The notes under the pieces: model-generated
What the model was told of the DNA's origin: nothing
Databases searched by the model: none
What the model saw: only the letters and a program-made list of their open reading frames with translations
Program-made: the position numbers and the translations under genes
Shown here: piece after piece, positions 44,175 through 55,350 of the stretch
Numbering within the stretch: position 1 is the first letter of the stretch
How the letters are laid out: every line of letters begins with the position of its first letter
Virus record (IMG/VR): IMGVR_UViG_3300025767_000021
Coordinates: 1 to 58,294 of that record
Length of the DNA stretch: 58,294 bases
Strand: one strand, 5' to 3'
DNA from: a virus
Taxonomy: Duplodnaviria > Caudoviricetes

Positions 44175-47100
44175 ATGGAATACGGAGGAAAGAACCCAAA
44201 CGGAATCAATCAGGTCAGTCAAAGTTTACTTTCGATTGATGTACAGGGAGTAGAGCAGATTAATATATCAACTTCTTCGGTTGATATTAACACATCTTTA
44301 AATGTAGAGAATGGTATAACTGCATCTTCATTTAGCGGTTCTTTTGTAGGGGATGGTTCAGAATTGAACAACATTCCCACAACTGCATTAACTGGTGATA
44401 TTGCTAGAATTGCAGAAGGTTCAGCAACGGCATCCGTATCCAATGGAACAACTTTAGAAATTAATGTAACTACAAACATCGATGGTGATGTTAATGCAAC
44501 TGGTGAAATATCTGGTGCATTTATTAGTGGTGATGGTGGTGGATTATTCAATGTACCTGCTGAGGCATTGGGTGATATCAATAGAATCAAATCGGGTTCA
44601 GCTCAAGCAGCAATTTCTCCAAACTTCGGATTAGTAATTGATGCAGAAACAACAATCAACAATGATTTAACAGTAACTGGTTCAACTACCATAGAAACGG
44701 ATTTGACAGTTGATAATGATTTATCAGTTGGTAGAGATGTTAGTATTGACAGAAACTTATCGGTAGCCGGTAGAATTACCTCACAAGAATTATTAACAAC
44801 ATTTATTTCATCATCAGTAATTTACTCATCAGGTTCAAATGTGTTTGGTGATGAATCTTCAGATACCCACCAATTTACAGGTTCAGTTTTAATTAAAGAT
44901 TCGGTAGTAATTCCAGTATTTAGTTCAGAACCATCTGGTGGGCAAATCGGACAATTGTATTATAACGATTCCGATACCAACATTTATAGATACACTTCAA
45001 CTGGTTGGGAACCTGCAGCTGGTACTGCTGGTACTTCTGGGACAAGTGGTACATCTGGTAGTTCGGGTTCTTCAGGTTCTTCTGGTTCATCTGGAACATC
45101 TGGGACTAGTGGTATAGATGGTTCATCTGGTTCAAGTGGAACAAGTGGAAGTAGTGGTACTGATGGTTCTGCTGGTTCATCTGGCTCATCTGGTTCAAGC
45201 GGTAGTAGTGGTTCTTCTGGAAGTAGTGGTTCTTCGGGTTCATCTGGAAGCAGCGGAAGTAGTGGTTCTTCTGGTACAAGTGGTACTTCTGGAACAAGTG
45301 GAAGTTCTGGTTCTTCTGGAAGTAGTGGAAGTAGTGGAACTAGCGGAAGTAGTGGTAGTAGTGGAAGTAGTGGTTCATCTGGCTCATCTGGTAGTTCTGG
45401 TTCATCTGGCTCATCTGGTGCAGATGGTGCAGATGGCTCATCTGGTAGTTCAGGTTCTTCTGGTGTAAGTGGTTCATCAGGTTCTTCTGGTGTAAGTGGT
45501 TCATCGGGTTCATCCGGCTCATCTGGTAGTTCTGGTTCGTCTGGTTCTTCTGGCTCAAGTGGTAGTAGTGGTTCTTCTGGTGTAGATGGACAAGATGGTG
45601 TTGGTGGTTCAGCTGGTACTTCTGGTTCTTCTGGTTCATCCGGCTCCTCTGGTTCATCTGGTTCAAGTGGTAGTTCTGGTATTGATGGAGATGATGGTTC
45701 ATCTGGAAGTAGTGGTTCGTCAGGTTCATCTGGTTCTTCCGGTACATCTGGTAGAGATGGTGCTGGTGGTGAAGGTGGTACACCTGGTACATCGGGTAGT
45801 AGTGGAAGTTCTGGTTCTTCTGGTTCATCAGGTTCTTCTGGTTCAAGCGGTAGTAGTGGTAGTAGTGGCTCTTCTGGTACATCGGGAACTTCTGGTACAA
45901 GTGGTTCATCTGGTTCAAGTGGTAGTTCAGGTAGTAGTGGTAATGATGGTGCATCTGGTGCACCTGGTTCATCTGGAAGTAGTGGAAGTAGTGGAAGTAG
46001 TGGAACATCAGGTTCATCAGGTACCTCAGGCTCATCTGGTTCTTCGGGTTCTTCTGGAAGTAGTGGAAGTTCTGGTTCATCAGGTAGTTCGGGTTCATCA
46101 GGTTCAAGTGGTAGTAGTGGAAGTAGTGGTTCATCTGGCTCATCTGGTTCCTCTGGTTCTTCTGGATTATTAGCATTAACAGGTACAACAAATAATGGTG
46201 TGATTACCCTAAATGGTTCAGCACCAAACGCAACTGTTGAAAGTAATCTTACTTTCGATGGAACAACTTTAGTTGTTACTGGTAACCTAAGTGTTACTGG
46301 AACAACAACAACTGTCAATACGGAAACCATCCTATTGGCTGATAATATTATCACCCTTAATTCAAACTTTACATCAGGTACTCCATCTGAGAATGCTGGT
46401 ATTGAGATATTAAGGGGAGGTTCGGCAACTCGTCAATTTATTTGGAATGAGGGAAGTGGTAGATGGTATGCTGATACTAACTTCCAAGCGGCTGGTAGAA
46501 TTTACGCAAACGATATTGATACTGGACAGGGTGCAACTGAGGTTTATTTAATGAACCAAAACATCCGTACATCCGATTCACCAACATTTAATCAGTTATA
46601 TCTTTCTAATAATGGAAATGGTACAAATATAAGAATTGGTGATGATGCATGGTTTGGTGATACGAATGTAGGAAATACAATTCAAATAACTGGTGTTCAG
46701 GATGCAACTCAAGGTTATTTAGTATTCGGTTCATCAGATAATACGGCATTGGGTAGAAGTGGTACAGGTGCACTTACTTATGGTGGAAATACTATTTGGC
46801 ATAGCGGAAATGATGGTGCTGGTAGTGGATTAGACGCTGATTTATTTGATGGACAACAAAATACATCATTCTTCAGAAGTTTATCTGGTGGAAGTGGTGC
46901 TAGTATAGATTCATATACTGATAACGGATTCAGAACTTTAGGATATAGTGGATATTCATCAATCTTATGGTCAACTAATGCTGGTGGTTCTACTGGAACT
47001 GTCCAAATGGAGTTTGAATACAATACTCCATCTCGTGGATTTAAAATTAGAAACAAAACCGATAATAGTAGTTGGTCTTCGGTTGGTTGGGTAGCAATGA

Positions 47101-50100
47101 CTACTTCAAATCAAGGGCATATCAATGGAACGATTTGGCATAGTGGTAACGATGGTGCTGGTTCTGGATTAGATGCAGATTTATTGGATGGTTTAGAATT
47201 ACATACAGGTAGAAATAACGAAGCAAACAAAGTAGTAAGAACCGATGTTAATGGGTATGTTAACTTTGGCTGGATTAACACAACATCTGGTAACACATCA
47301 TCTACTATTTCGGACATCTATGTAAACACAAATGATGGATATATTAGAAAAGCAACTCCATCACATTTCAGAAGCCAAATATTGGATGGGGTTTATACAC
47401 CATTAGACCATATTCGCTCATTAGGAACACAGGCATTTACTGGTACTGCTACAACTGCTGGATTGATTTCCGAAATGGAAAGTGATGGGGCATTCGATTC
47501 ATATACTTCAGTATTTAAAACTTCTTGGAGTTATGCTGGAAACTTTGACTTATCGGATGCTGGAAGATTTACTGAAACTGCGGGTTCATCTTGGATAACT
47601 TGGACAGATAACTCATCGGATTCAACAAGGGGTAATATTACTGCATTAGCAATCGCACCAAATACTGGTGGTTCGGCTGGTAAAGTATTCATATATAATG
47701 ACCAAGGTAGTAGTTATGCACCCGGTTGGAGAGAAGTTTGGACTTCAACTTCGGATGGTGCTGGTTCTGGATTGGATGCTGACCTTTGGGATGGATATCA
47801 ATTCTCAGATTACTTAAACCAAGCGGTTAGAACTACCGATTCTCCTACATTCTCAAATTTATATGTAGATGGATACATTTATCACAATGGTGATACAAAT
47901 ACATACATTCGGTTTGTAGGTGCAGATGATTTCCAAATTGTAGCAGGTGGTAGACAAGTTCTTAGAATGGATGAAGGAACTGACCCAGATTTATTATATT
48001 TGGGTGATTCTGCTACATATACTGTAAATCAAGGACAGCTCATCGTTGGTCAAACTTCCATTTCTTATACTATAAATGATAATACTCCATTGGTTGGTTC
48101 AAATACCAATAATCGGGTACATATTAATGGCTCAATTCAATTGACCAACAATGATGATGCTATTGTGTTTGGTAGAGGAACTTCATCATTCTTAAAAGAT
48201 GAAGAACTTGGCTTTGGTTGGGGTGGTGGTTGGTATATGACCGATGGTACTTACCTAAGAGTAAGAAATAACAAAACCCTTTATTCAACTGGTGATTTCC
48301 ACTACAATAGATTCTATTCATTTGATAATACTGGATATTTTGCAGAACCAAATTCATCATCTGTATTCAGAGATTTAGAACTTAGAACTTATGGTTTAAG
48401 ATTACAGAGAAACTATTCTTATAATGGTATTTGGTTCAATGGTGGTACTGATACAAACCATGTTCTTTGGAATCATTATTATGGTGGACCAACATCAAAA
48501 GGTGCTGCTGGTAGTGGTGGTTTTGATGGTATGTTCTGGAATACCTTACAAGGTTTAAGATTAAGAGGTGGTTCTAGTGGAGCATATGATATTGCACACT
48601 TCCACAATACATCATCATCTACATCAAACGCATTCTATGTACAATTATTTGCGGATAATACCGAACAATTGGGAACTAGAGGTGGTTATGGTTATGCACC
48701 TAACCAATTCCGTACACCATTTATATATGATTCAAATAATACCGCATATTATTTAGACCCAAATAGTACATCTCGATGGAATGAATCTAATCAAGATGGA
48801 TATCATACATTTAATAATTATGGTATTGGTGTAACTGGTACTTATTCTGCAAGTAGATTACAACTTGTATTTGCGATGGGTTCAGCGTATAGACCAAATT
48901 CAGCTGGAACATCAACCGCTAATATGTATGGTATTGGTTGGTCGCATCCGAATGCAGGTTCATTGGGTGGGGCAAACAATTTGAATGACCATGGTTTATT
49001 GATTATCAATAATGGTTCGTTTAGAGCAGCAATTTCATCTCGTATTGTTGCATCGGAAGAAGTTAGAGGTACTCTCTTTAGAGATTACAATAATAGTGGA
49101 TATTATGCAGACCCAGCATCAACATCTCAGTTATCAGTAATTAATGTAAACGGACAAGGTTCTGCATTTACCAACCAAACATACCCATTATATGTGTATT
49201 CATATGGTAATACTGCTAGTGAATCTGCTAACGGATTACAGGTATATTCTACTGGTGGTGCTGGTGCTGGATTCGCATTCCATAGAGGTGGATACTACGC
49301 GGTAAATATGGGTCTTGATTCTGATAATGTTATTCGTATTGGTGGTTGGAGTGCAGCTTCTAATAGATGGCAGTTGGATATGAGTGGTAACACTTTTGCA
49401 GCTGGTTCACATAGAGCACCAATCTTCTATGATACGAATAATACTGCATATTATGCGGACCCTAACTCAAACTCACGGTTCTATGACTTACAACTCAGAG
49501 GACACTATGTAAGAACATATACACACTCTGGTTCCGATTTCACATCGGGTACATTAGTATCAACATCAATACCATCATCGGCTACAAATGGGGCATCCTT
49601 TGTATTGGAAGCAACTGGTAAGAGTTACAGTGGTGATGCTCCATTCTCATTTATGGCACAGGGTTACCTATATGCTAATACCATCATCAATTATAGTGGT
49701 GTTCATTTTGGTAAGCCAGGATTTACACAAATGAAGATATTCAATAATGGTGGAACACTTGCATTCTGGTGGCCAAGAGTATCTTATTGGAATTCATTTA
49801 CAGTACATGTTAGAGATGCTAATGGTGATGATAGAAACTTAGTAACATCAATTACTAACTCAACCGAACCAACTGGTAGTAAGAAAGTAACTGTTAATAT
49901 GTTGGTTAGTGCAACATATGGTGTTAATAACAATACTGGTGATTTATATGCAACTAGGTATTATGATTCAAATAATACGGCATTCTATACTGACCCTGCA
50001 TCTACATCTCAAATGAACTATATCGATGCACATCGATTTAGAGATAGAGATAACACCTCATATTACTTAGAACCTGCTAGTGGTGCTACTCTTTATGGTA

Positions 50101-53100
50101 ATAATGGTTCATTTGTAATTACAGGAGGATGGCCACAATTGGTTATCAGACAAAATGATGGAACTCAAGATGCATCAATTCACTTCGATGCTGGATATGC
50201 GAGAAAATTCAATGTTGGACCTGGTGCTGGTACATCTGAAGGACCTGAATTTGGTATTTCGGTTTATTCGGCACCAAGAGGTACACACTACTTTACTCCA
50301 TTTAGAGTAAATGCGGACACTGGATATGTTCAAATTGGTGATAGAGATAACCCAGCATATCCATTAGATGTATCAGGAAACGCATATTTCAGAAATACCC
50401 TTTATATGGGTAATGACCAAGAAATTCAGTTGTTTACTTCGTCTGGAAACATCAGAGGATACATTAAAGCAACTGAAAGTAATGATGCTCACTTAGTAAT
50501 CGCAACATCTGGTGGTGAGGATATTTCCTTCCGGGATGGTGGTACTGGTGGTAGTTGGAATCAAATTATTAGAGGTGATGGTCAGGTATTGGTAGCTGGT
50601 AGAATGGATTCTCCAATTTACTATGATAGAAACGATACCAATTATTATATGGATTATAACTCAACTACTTCAGGTAGATTGAGAGGTAATCTTATATTTA
50701 ATGATTATGGTGTGGGTGTTGTTGGTACTTATACATCTACTCGTTATCAGGCGGTATTCTCAATGGGTGCTGCTTACTTACTTCCAAACAATGGAACATC
50801 CACTGGTAATCTTTATGGTATAGCTTGGTCACATCCAAACGCGGGTGGAGCAGCTTCAAACTTAGCATCACATGGTATGTTGATTTTGGAGAATGGTTCA
50901 TTTAGAGGAGCTTGGGGTGGTGGTAGAATTATAACCACTTCCGATATTAGAGGTACAGTTTACTATGATTATAATGATACTGGATACTACATTGACCCAA
51001 ATACAACCGGAACTTCGTTCAGAGGTAGAGGTGAAATATTCTTAGGACCTAACTCATCATCTCGTTATCTGAGACTAGGTGGAAATGGTGGAGCAACAGA
51101 CCATGCAACTGTAAGTACTTCAAATGGTAACTTGCATTTGGATGCTCGGAGTGGGTACAATATTTATTTAGCATGGTATAACACATCCGATGTTTATGTT
51201 GGTGGAGCTATACAAGCAACACGTTACTACGATAGAAATAATACTTCTTATTATGGTGATTTCGCTAGTACATCATACTTTAACGATATTCGACCAAATA
51301 TAATTTACGATAGAAATAATACGGCATATCGTTGGGATGGTGATAGTACATCTATAATGAACGCACTTCAGGTAAATAAAACTTATTATAGAGAAGATTA
51401 CATTGATGTACCTGGTTCATTTAATGGTTCATATGCTTGGGTAAGATTTAGTATTAGTAGATTTAATGGTGGTGGTTCTCCGGTTGAATTCTCAATATCT
51501 CGTAGAATTAATGATAATGGTAACAACCCATATGGTGGTTGTACGGCTAGATATATTGTAAACTCTAGAGAATGGCATAGTGGACAAGAAAATGCTTGGT
51601 ATTTCTATACCGAACATGGTTCATATAATGCAAACCAAAATCCTTATGGATACTTCGTTCGTTCAGCTGGACCAAGAGATTTAGCCTCTGGTGGTTATTG
51701 GTTCTATATGCAACTATTGCAAGGTGTTCGTTATAGAATATCATTTGCATCTGATATGAACTTCAATAACAATGGTATTGGTGGTATTGAATATAGTGTA
51801 TCTGATCCTGGTGGTGTTGAAAGGCAGTTATTGGGTAGTGGTGTTATGGGTAATAATTCTACCTATAATCAATTAAATGCACATAGATTCCGTGATAGTA
51901 ACAATCCTGATTTCTACTTAGACCCAGCATCTACATCCTACTTAAATGATGTAAGAGCTGATATTTTCTACGATAGAAATAATACTTCTTATTATGGTGA
52001 TTTTGCTGGTGTATCATATTTTAATGATATTCGACCAAATATTATATACGATAGAAGTAATACTGGTTATTATTGGAATGGTGATGGTAGAAGTAGAATG
52101 AATGGATTAGAACTTGTTTCTTCTGGAAACCAAGTATCTGGTAATGATGCAACACTTTGGATTCAAGGTTCAAATAATGACTGGGCAATAATTGTTGACA
52201 AATATTCTTATGATTATGGTTTTGATGTTAGATTAGCATCATCCCACTCATATTCATATAGAGCATTACGGAATGGTTCTGAATACTTCAGAGTTGGTAC
52301 TGATTTAATGTACCACAATGCTAGTATGAGAGCACCAATCTTCTATGATTTGAATAACACTGGTTATTATGTAGACCCATCTGATTTCTCAAACCTTAAT
52401 AGTGGTTTAAGAGCAACTGAAATCTACGCAAGAAACTGGTTCAGAAACGATAATAGTGGTGAAGGTTTATATAACCAAGCAACTGGAATGCATTGGTATT
52501 CTGATTCTAACCGGAGATGGAGAGTTTATGGTGGACAATCAACTGTTGAAATCGCAATGGCAACCGCTGGTAACAACATCAGAGGTTACTTCTACGCAGA
52601 TAACGGAAACTCGGTTGGTATCTTAGATGCTGGTGGAAGTTGGGCAATTAGACACGCAAACGATAATGGTACTTACTTCTATACTGATAATGGTACTTAT
52701 GAATTTGGTGTTGGTAGAGATGTTGTAGGTGGTAATTATGGTACAGTTGTAACTACATCTACGAGAGGTGGATGGGGTGGATACTCAATCAACAATGGTT
52801 GGGTGTTTATGCACGACCATTCAAACGCAGCTGGTATCTACAACGATTACGAAAATGAGTGGGCTATCTTAATGTATAGAAACTCATATGTTCAGTTGAT
52901 GCACAATGGAACTTATCAGTTGGAAACTCAATCGTATGGTGTGTACATGAGAGACCAAGTAAGGGCTTCTATCTTCTATGACCACAACACTGGATACTAT
53001 TTCAACGGTGATGGCTTATCCAGAATGAACCATGTAAACATAATTGGTTCGGCTGGTAGATACTCATTGATGGTTGGTCCTGAAGTTACTTATACTAACG

Positions 53101-55049
53101 GAAGTACATCTATCTATTCGGATTCAAATAGATATGGGGTACTTGTAAACGCACCATATTATCCACACTTATACATCAACGCTTACGCTGATAATGGTAA
53201 CACTACACATGGTGCTGTGTTATCGATGTTGGGTAATTTAAGTGCCGGTGGATATAGAAAGTGGAATATGGGTATCGCAAACCGAAACCCAAATGAATTC
53301 TCAATTGGTTGGTATGATAATAACCAAAACCCTCACTATGGTGTTGGTGTTGGTTGGTCTTACCCTGCTAGATGGTGGATTGATACTGGTGGTAATAGTA
53401 TTGCAGCCGGTTCTCACAGAGCACCTATTTTCTATGATTCCAATGATACTAATTACTATGTAGACCCTAATAGTACATCTCGATTCAATGTAATTCGGAC
53501 AAATTCGGTAAGAAATGATGGTGATGTATCATCAGATGATGGATTTGGTATGTATTGGTCATCTGGTGGTTCAACTGCATACGCTATTTATAGAGAAAGT
53601 GGTGGTTGGTCTTATAGATACCCTGATTTAAGAATTGCATTCCATACGGGTATTAAGTTGGGTGCAAACGCTAACTACAATGGTATTCGTTTCTACACCG
53701 ATTACGATATGAGTTCTCAGGTAATGTCGGTAAACAACGCAACTGACCCATTGGGTGCAGCAAATGTGTATGTTAACAACAACCTACAAGCTGGTTCATC
53801 TGTAAGGGCAACAATCTTCTACGATTCAAATGATACGGGTTACTTTATGGACCCAACTTCGGATTCGAATTGGCAAGGTCTATCTCGATTTGGTCAGATG
53901 AGAATCGGTTTAACTGGTAAATCTCAATATAGAAGAAACAACTATACTTCTGATACTCGTTATTGGACTGGTGCAATGGGTTGGGGAACAACGGATTTAA
54001 TCTCAATGTTTGACCAAGGTTCTGGTTTCATTGATACATGGTCAAACCCAGCTAACCAACCTGCTGGTACATCTCACTGGGTAGGTATCCAAGCATCTCA
54101 CTTTAATGGTGGATACAACTATGGATATGGTATCCAAATCGTTGGTGGACCAATCCAAGGTTTATGGCATACTTCATACTGGTCATCTAAGAGAAGTTGG
54201 TACAAAATCGCAATGTATGGGTTGAATGAATATTCAAACGAATTCTATTCAACGGTAATGTACGATTCAAATGATACTTCATATCGTATTGACCCTAATA
54301 GTTCATCACAACTAAGACAGGTATATGCGAATGACTGGTTCAGACCTCAAGGTGCAACTGGTATCTATTGGCAAGATTATGGTAGAGGTATCCGTGATGT
54401 TGCACCTGAGGGTGGACAATATGGTAATGTTACTACCTATGGTGGTGGTGTAAACGCATGGCAAGGTTGGTCTATCCAAGGTAGAATGGTATTCATGCAC
54501 AATGGTGGTTCTGAAGTTGGTATCTATAATGATGTTGAAAATGAGTGGATGTTATTTGGTTTACGAAATTCCTATATGGAACTTCGTTACAACAACTCTC
54601 GGAAAGGTAGAGCAGAATCATATGGTTGGAGAGTTGATGGTGATTTAAGAGCAACTGGTGATGTTATCGCTTACTACTCTGATATGAGATTGAAGGATAA
54701 GGTTGGTGATATCAAAAATGCTCTTGATAAAGTTGCTAAATTAAATGGTTTCTATTATAGAAATAATAAAGAAGCCAATTTAGTAGGATATGCCGGAAAC
54801 GAATTACAAATCGGTTTATCAGCACAAGATGTTGAATCGGTTCTTCCTGAAATCGTTCATCCAGCTCCGTTAGCACAATCATTAGGATATGATTACAAAA
54901 CTATCAACTATGATAGAGTTGTACCTCTTTTAGTAAACGCAATCAACGAACAAAAATCAATTGTGGATGAACAAAAAGAAGAAATCGAATATTTAAAGTC
55001 AGAACTTTCAGAAATGAAAGAAATGTTGAAAAAATTATTAAACAAATAA
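44175..55049 (+). CDS. Giant 3624-aa long fibre/adhesin with C-terminal intramolecular chaperone (peptidase S74)
   Basis: YYSDMRLK...ALDKVAKLNGFYY...IGLSAQDVESVLPEIV...YDRVVPLLVNAINE plus coiled coil at 54678..55049; three DGAGSGLDAD repeats; GSS tract. Confidence 0.88.
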   Translation: MEYGGKNPNGINQVSQSLLSIDVQGVEQINISTSSVDINTSLNVENGITASSFSGSFVGDGSELNNIPTTALTGDIARIAEGSATASVSNGTTLEINVTTNIDGDVNATGEISGAFISGDGGGLFNVPAEALGDINRIKSGSAQAAISPNFGLVIDAETTINNDLTVTGSTTIETDLTVDNDLSVGRDVSIDRNLSVAGRITSQELLTTFISSSVIYSSGSNVFGDESSDTHQFTGSVLIKDSVVIPVFSSEPSGGQIGQLYYNDSDTNIYRYTSTGWEPAAGTAGTSGTSGTSGSSGSSGSSGSSGTSGTSGIDGSSGSSGTSGSSGTDGSAGSSGSSGSSGSSGSSGSSGSSGSSGSSGSSGSSGTSGTSGTSGSSGSSGSSGSSGTSGSSGSSGSSGSSGSSGSSGSSGSSGADGADGSSGSSGSSGVSGSSGSSGVSGSSGSSGSSGSSGSSGSSGSSGSSGSSGVDGQDGVGGSAGTSGSSGSSGSSGSSGSSGSSGIDGDDGSSGSSGSSGSSGSSGTSGRDGAGGEGGTPGTSGSSGSSGSSGSSGSSGSSGSSGSSGSSGTSGTSGTSGSSGSSGSSGSSGNDGASGAPGSSGSSGSSGSSGTSGSSGTSGSSGSSGSSGSSGSSGSSGSSGSSGSSGSSGSSGSSGSSGSSGSSGLLALTGTTNNGVITLNGSAPNATVESNLTFDGTTLVVTGNLSVTGTTTTVNTETILLADNIITLNSNFTSGTPSENAGIEILRGGSATRQFIWNEGSGRWYADTNFQAAGRIYANDIDTGQGATEVYLMNQNIRTSDSPTFNQLYLSNNGNGTNIRIGDDAWFGDTNVGNTIQITGVQDATQGYLVFGSSDNTALGRSGTGALTYGGNTIWHSGNDGAGSGLDADLFDGQQNTSFFRSLSGGSGASIDSYTDNGFRTLGYSGYSSILWSTNAGGSTGTVQMEFEYNTPSRGFKIRNKTDNSSWSSVGWVAMTTSNQGHINGTIWHSGNDGAGSGLDADLLDGLELHTGRNNEANKVVRTDVNGYVNFGWINTTSGNTSSTISDIYVNTNDGYIRKATPSHFRSQILDGVYTPLDHIRSLGTQAFTGTATTAGLISEMESDGAFDSYTSVFKTSWSYAGNFDLSDAGRFTETAGSSWITWTDNSSDSTRGNITALAIAPNTGGSAGKVFIYNDQGSSYAPGWREVWTSTSDGAGSGLDADLWDGYQFSDYLNQAVRTTDSPTFSNLYVDGYIYHNGDTNTYIRFVGADDFQIVAGGRQVLRMDEGTDPDLLYLGDSATYTVNQGQLIVGQTSISYTINDNTPLVGSNTNNRVHINGSIQLTNNDDAIVFGRGTSSFLKDEELGFGWGGGWYMTDGTYLRVRNNKTLYSTGDFHYNRFYSFDNTGYFAEPNSSSVFRDLELRTYGLRLQRNYSYNGIWFNGGTDTNHVLWNHYYGGPTSKGAAGSGGFDGMFWNTLQGLRLRGGSSGAYDIAHFHNTSSSTSNAFYVQLFADNTEQLGTRGGYGYAPNQFRTPFIYDSNNTAYYLDPNSTSRWNESNQDGYHTFNNYGIGVTGTYSASRLQLVFAMGSAYRPNSAGTSTANMYGIGWSHPNAGSLGGANNLNDHGLLIINNGSFRAAISSRIVASEEVRGTLFRDYNNSGYYADPASTSQLSVINVNGQGSAFTNQTYPLYVYSYGNTASESANGLQVYSTGGAGAGFAFHRGGYYAVNMGLDSDNVIRIGGWSAASNRWQLDMSGNTFAAGSHRAPIFYDTNNTAYYADPNSNSRFYDLQLRGHYVRTYTHSGSDFTSGTLVSTSIPSSATNGASFVLEATGKSYSGDAPFSFMAQGYLYANTIINYSGVHFGKPGFTQMKIFNNGGTLAFWWPRVSYWNSFTVHVRDANGDDRNLVTSITNSTEPTGSKKVTVNMLVSATYGVNNNTGDLYATRYYDSNNTAFYTDPASTSQMNYIDAHRFRDRDNTSYYLEPASGATLYGNNGSFVITGGWPQLVIRQNDGTQDASIHFDAGYARKFNVGPGAGTSEGPEFGISVYSAPRGTHYFTPFRVNADTGYVQIGDRDNPAYPLDVSGNAYFRNTLYMGNDQEIQLFTSSGNIRGYIKATESNDAHLVIATSGGEDISFRDGGTGGSWNQIIRGDGQVLVAGRMDSPIYYDRNDTNYYMDYNSTTSGRLRGNLIFNDYGVGVVGTYTSTRYQAVFSMGAAYLLPNNGTSTGNLYGIAWSHPNAGGAASNLASHGMLILENGSFRGAWGGGRIITTSDIRGTVYYDYNDTGYYIDPNTTGTSFRGRGEIFLGPNSSSRYLRLGGNGGATDHATVSTSNGNLHLDARSGYNIYLAWYNTSDVYVGGAIQATRYYDRNNTSYYGDFASTSYFNDIRPNIIYDRNNTAYRWDGDSTSIMNALQVNKTYYREDYIDVPGSFNGSYAWVRFSISRFNGGGSPVEFSISRRINDNGNNPYGGCTARYIVNSREWHSGQENAWYFYTEHGSYNANQNPYGYFVRSAGPRDLASGGYWFYMQLLQGVRYRISFASDMNFNNNGIGGIEYSVSDPGGVERQLLGSGVMGNNSTYNQLNAHRFRDSNNPDFYLDPASTSYLNDVRADIFYDRNNTSYYGDFAGVSYFNDIRPNIIYDRSNTGYYWNGDGRSRMNGLELVSSGNQVSGNDATLWIQGSNNDWAIIVDKYSYDYGFDVRLASSHSYSYRALRNGSEYFRVGTDLMYHNASMRAPIFYDLNNTGYYVDPSDFSNLNSGLRATEIYARNWFRNDNSGEGLYNQATGMHWYSDSNRRWRVYGGQSTVEIAMATAGNNIRGYFYADNGNSVGILDAGGSWAIRHANDNGTYFYTDNGTYEFGVGRDVVGGNYGTVVTTSTRGGWGGYSINNGWVFMHDHSNAAGIYNDYENEWAILMYRNSYVQLMHNGTYQLETQSYGVYMRDQVRASIFYDHNTGYYFNGDGLSRMNHVNIIGSAGRYSLMVGPEVTYTNGSTSIYSDSNRYGVLVNAPYYPHLYINAYADNGNTTHGAVLSMLGNLSAGGYRKWNMGIANRNPNEFSIGWYDNNQNPHYGVGVGWSYPARWWIDTGGNSIAAGSHRAPIFYDSNDTNYYVDPNSTSRFNVIRTNSVRNDGDVSSDDGFGMYWSSGGSTAYAIYRESGGWSYRYPDLRIAFHTGIKLGANANYNGIRFYTDYDMSSQVMSVNNATDPLGAANVYVNNNLQAGSSVRATIFYDSNDTGYFMDPTSDSNWQGLSRFGQMRIGLTGKSQYRRNNYTSDTRYWTGAMGWGTTDLISMFDQGSGFIDTWSNPANQPAGTSHWVGIQASHFNGGYNYGYGIQIVGGPIQGLWHTSYWSSKRSWYKIAMYGLNEYSNEFYSTVMYDSNDTSYRIDPNSSSQLRQVYANDWFRPQGATGIYWQDYGRGIRDVAPEGGQYGNVTTYGGGVNAWQGWSIQGRMVFMHNGGSEVGIYNDVENEWMLFGLRNSYMELRYNNSRKGRAESYGWRVDGDLRATGDVIAYYSDMRLKDKVGDIKNALDKVAKLNGFYYRNNKEANLVGYAGNELQIGLSAQDVESVLPEIVHPAPLAQSLGYDYKTINYDRVVPLLVNAINEQKSIVDEQKEEIEYLKSELSEMKEMLKKLLNK
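45020..46168 (+). repeat. Gly-X-Y (mainly GSS) tract, about 380 aa
   Basis: Directly visible in the translation. Confidence 0.95.
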
Positions 55050-55053
55050 TAAG

Positions 55054-55296
55054 ATGGCAATTACACAAAAAATAGTTTTAAACAAATTGGATATTAATGT
55101 TCAAAATCCAAGTATGGAAGTTGTTAAGAGAGTTTCTTTTTACGAAGGTGAAGAGGAACTTAATAGAACTCATATTTCAATTATATATTCATTTGAAAAT
55201 GAAGAAAATTTGTATGTGAGTGAATCTCAATATATACAAGACACTTGGACATTTGTATCAGCTAGTTTCATAGAAACCTCAGGAAGTATTTCTTAA
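55054..55296 (+). CDS. Small hypothetical fibre-associated protein
   Basis: ORF 4 nt after the fibre stop codon. Confidence 0.55.
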   Translation: MAITQKIVLNKLDINVQNPSMEVVKRVSFYEGEEELNRTHISIIYSFENEENLYVSESQYIQDTWTFVSASFIETSGSIS

Positions 55297-55350
55297 TGAG
55301 GTAATATATATTTATTTGTTAGAATAATTCTCTTTTGGAGAATTACTCTA

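Noticed and set aside
44984-46354. 456-aa minus-strand Pro/Glu-rich ORF and overlapping frames
   Set aside because: Antisense shadow of the GSS tract.
48810-52003. Diversity-generating retroelement or invertase shufflon acting on the fibre
   Set aside because: No reverse transcriptase or recombinase in the window, no adenine-specific TR/VR pair, and no inverted cassettes seen.
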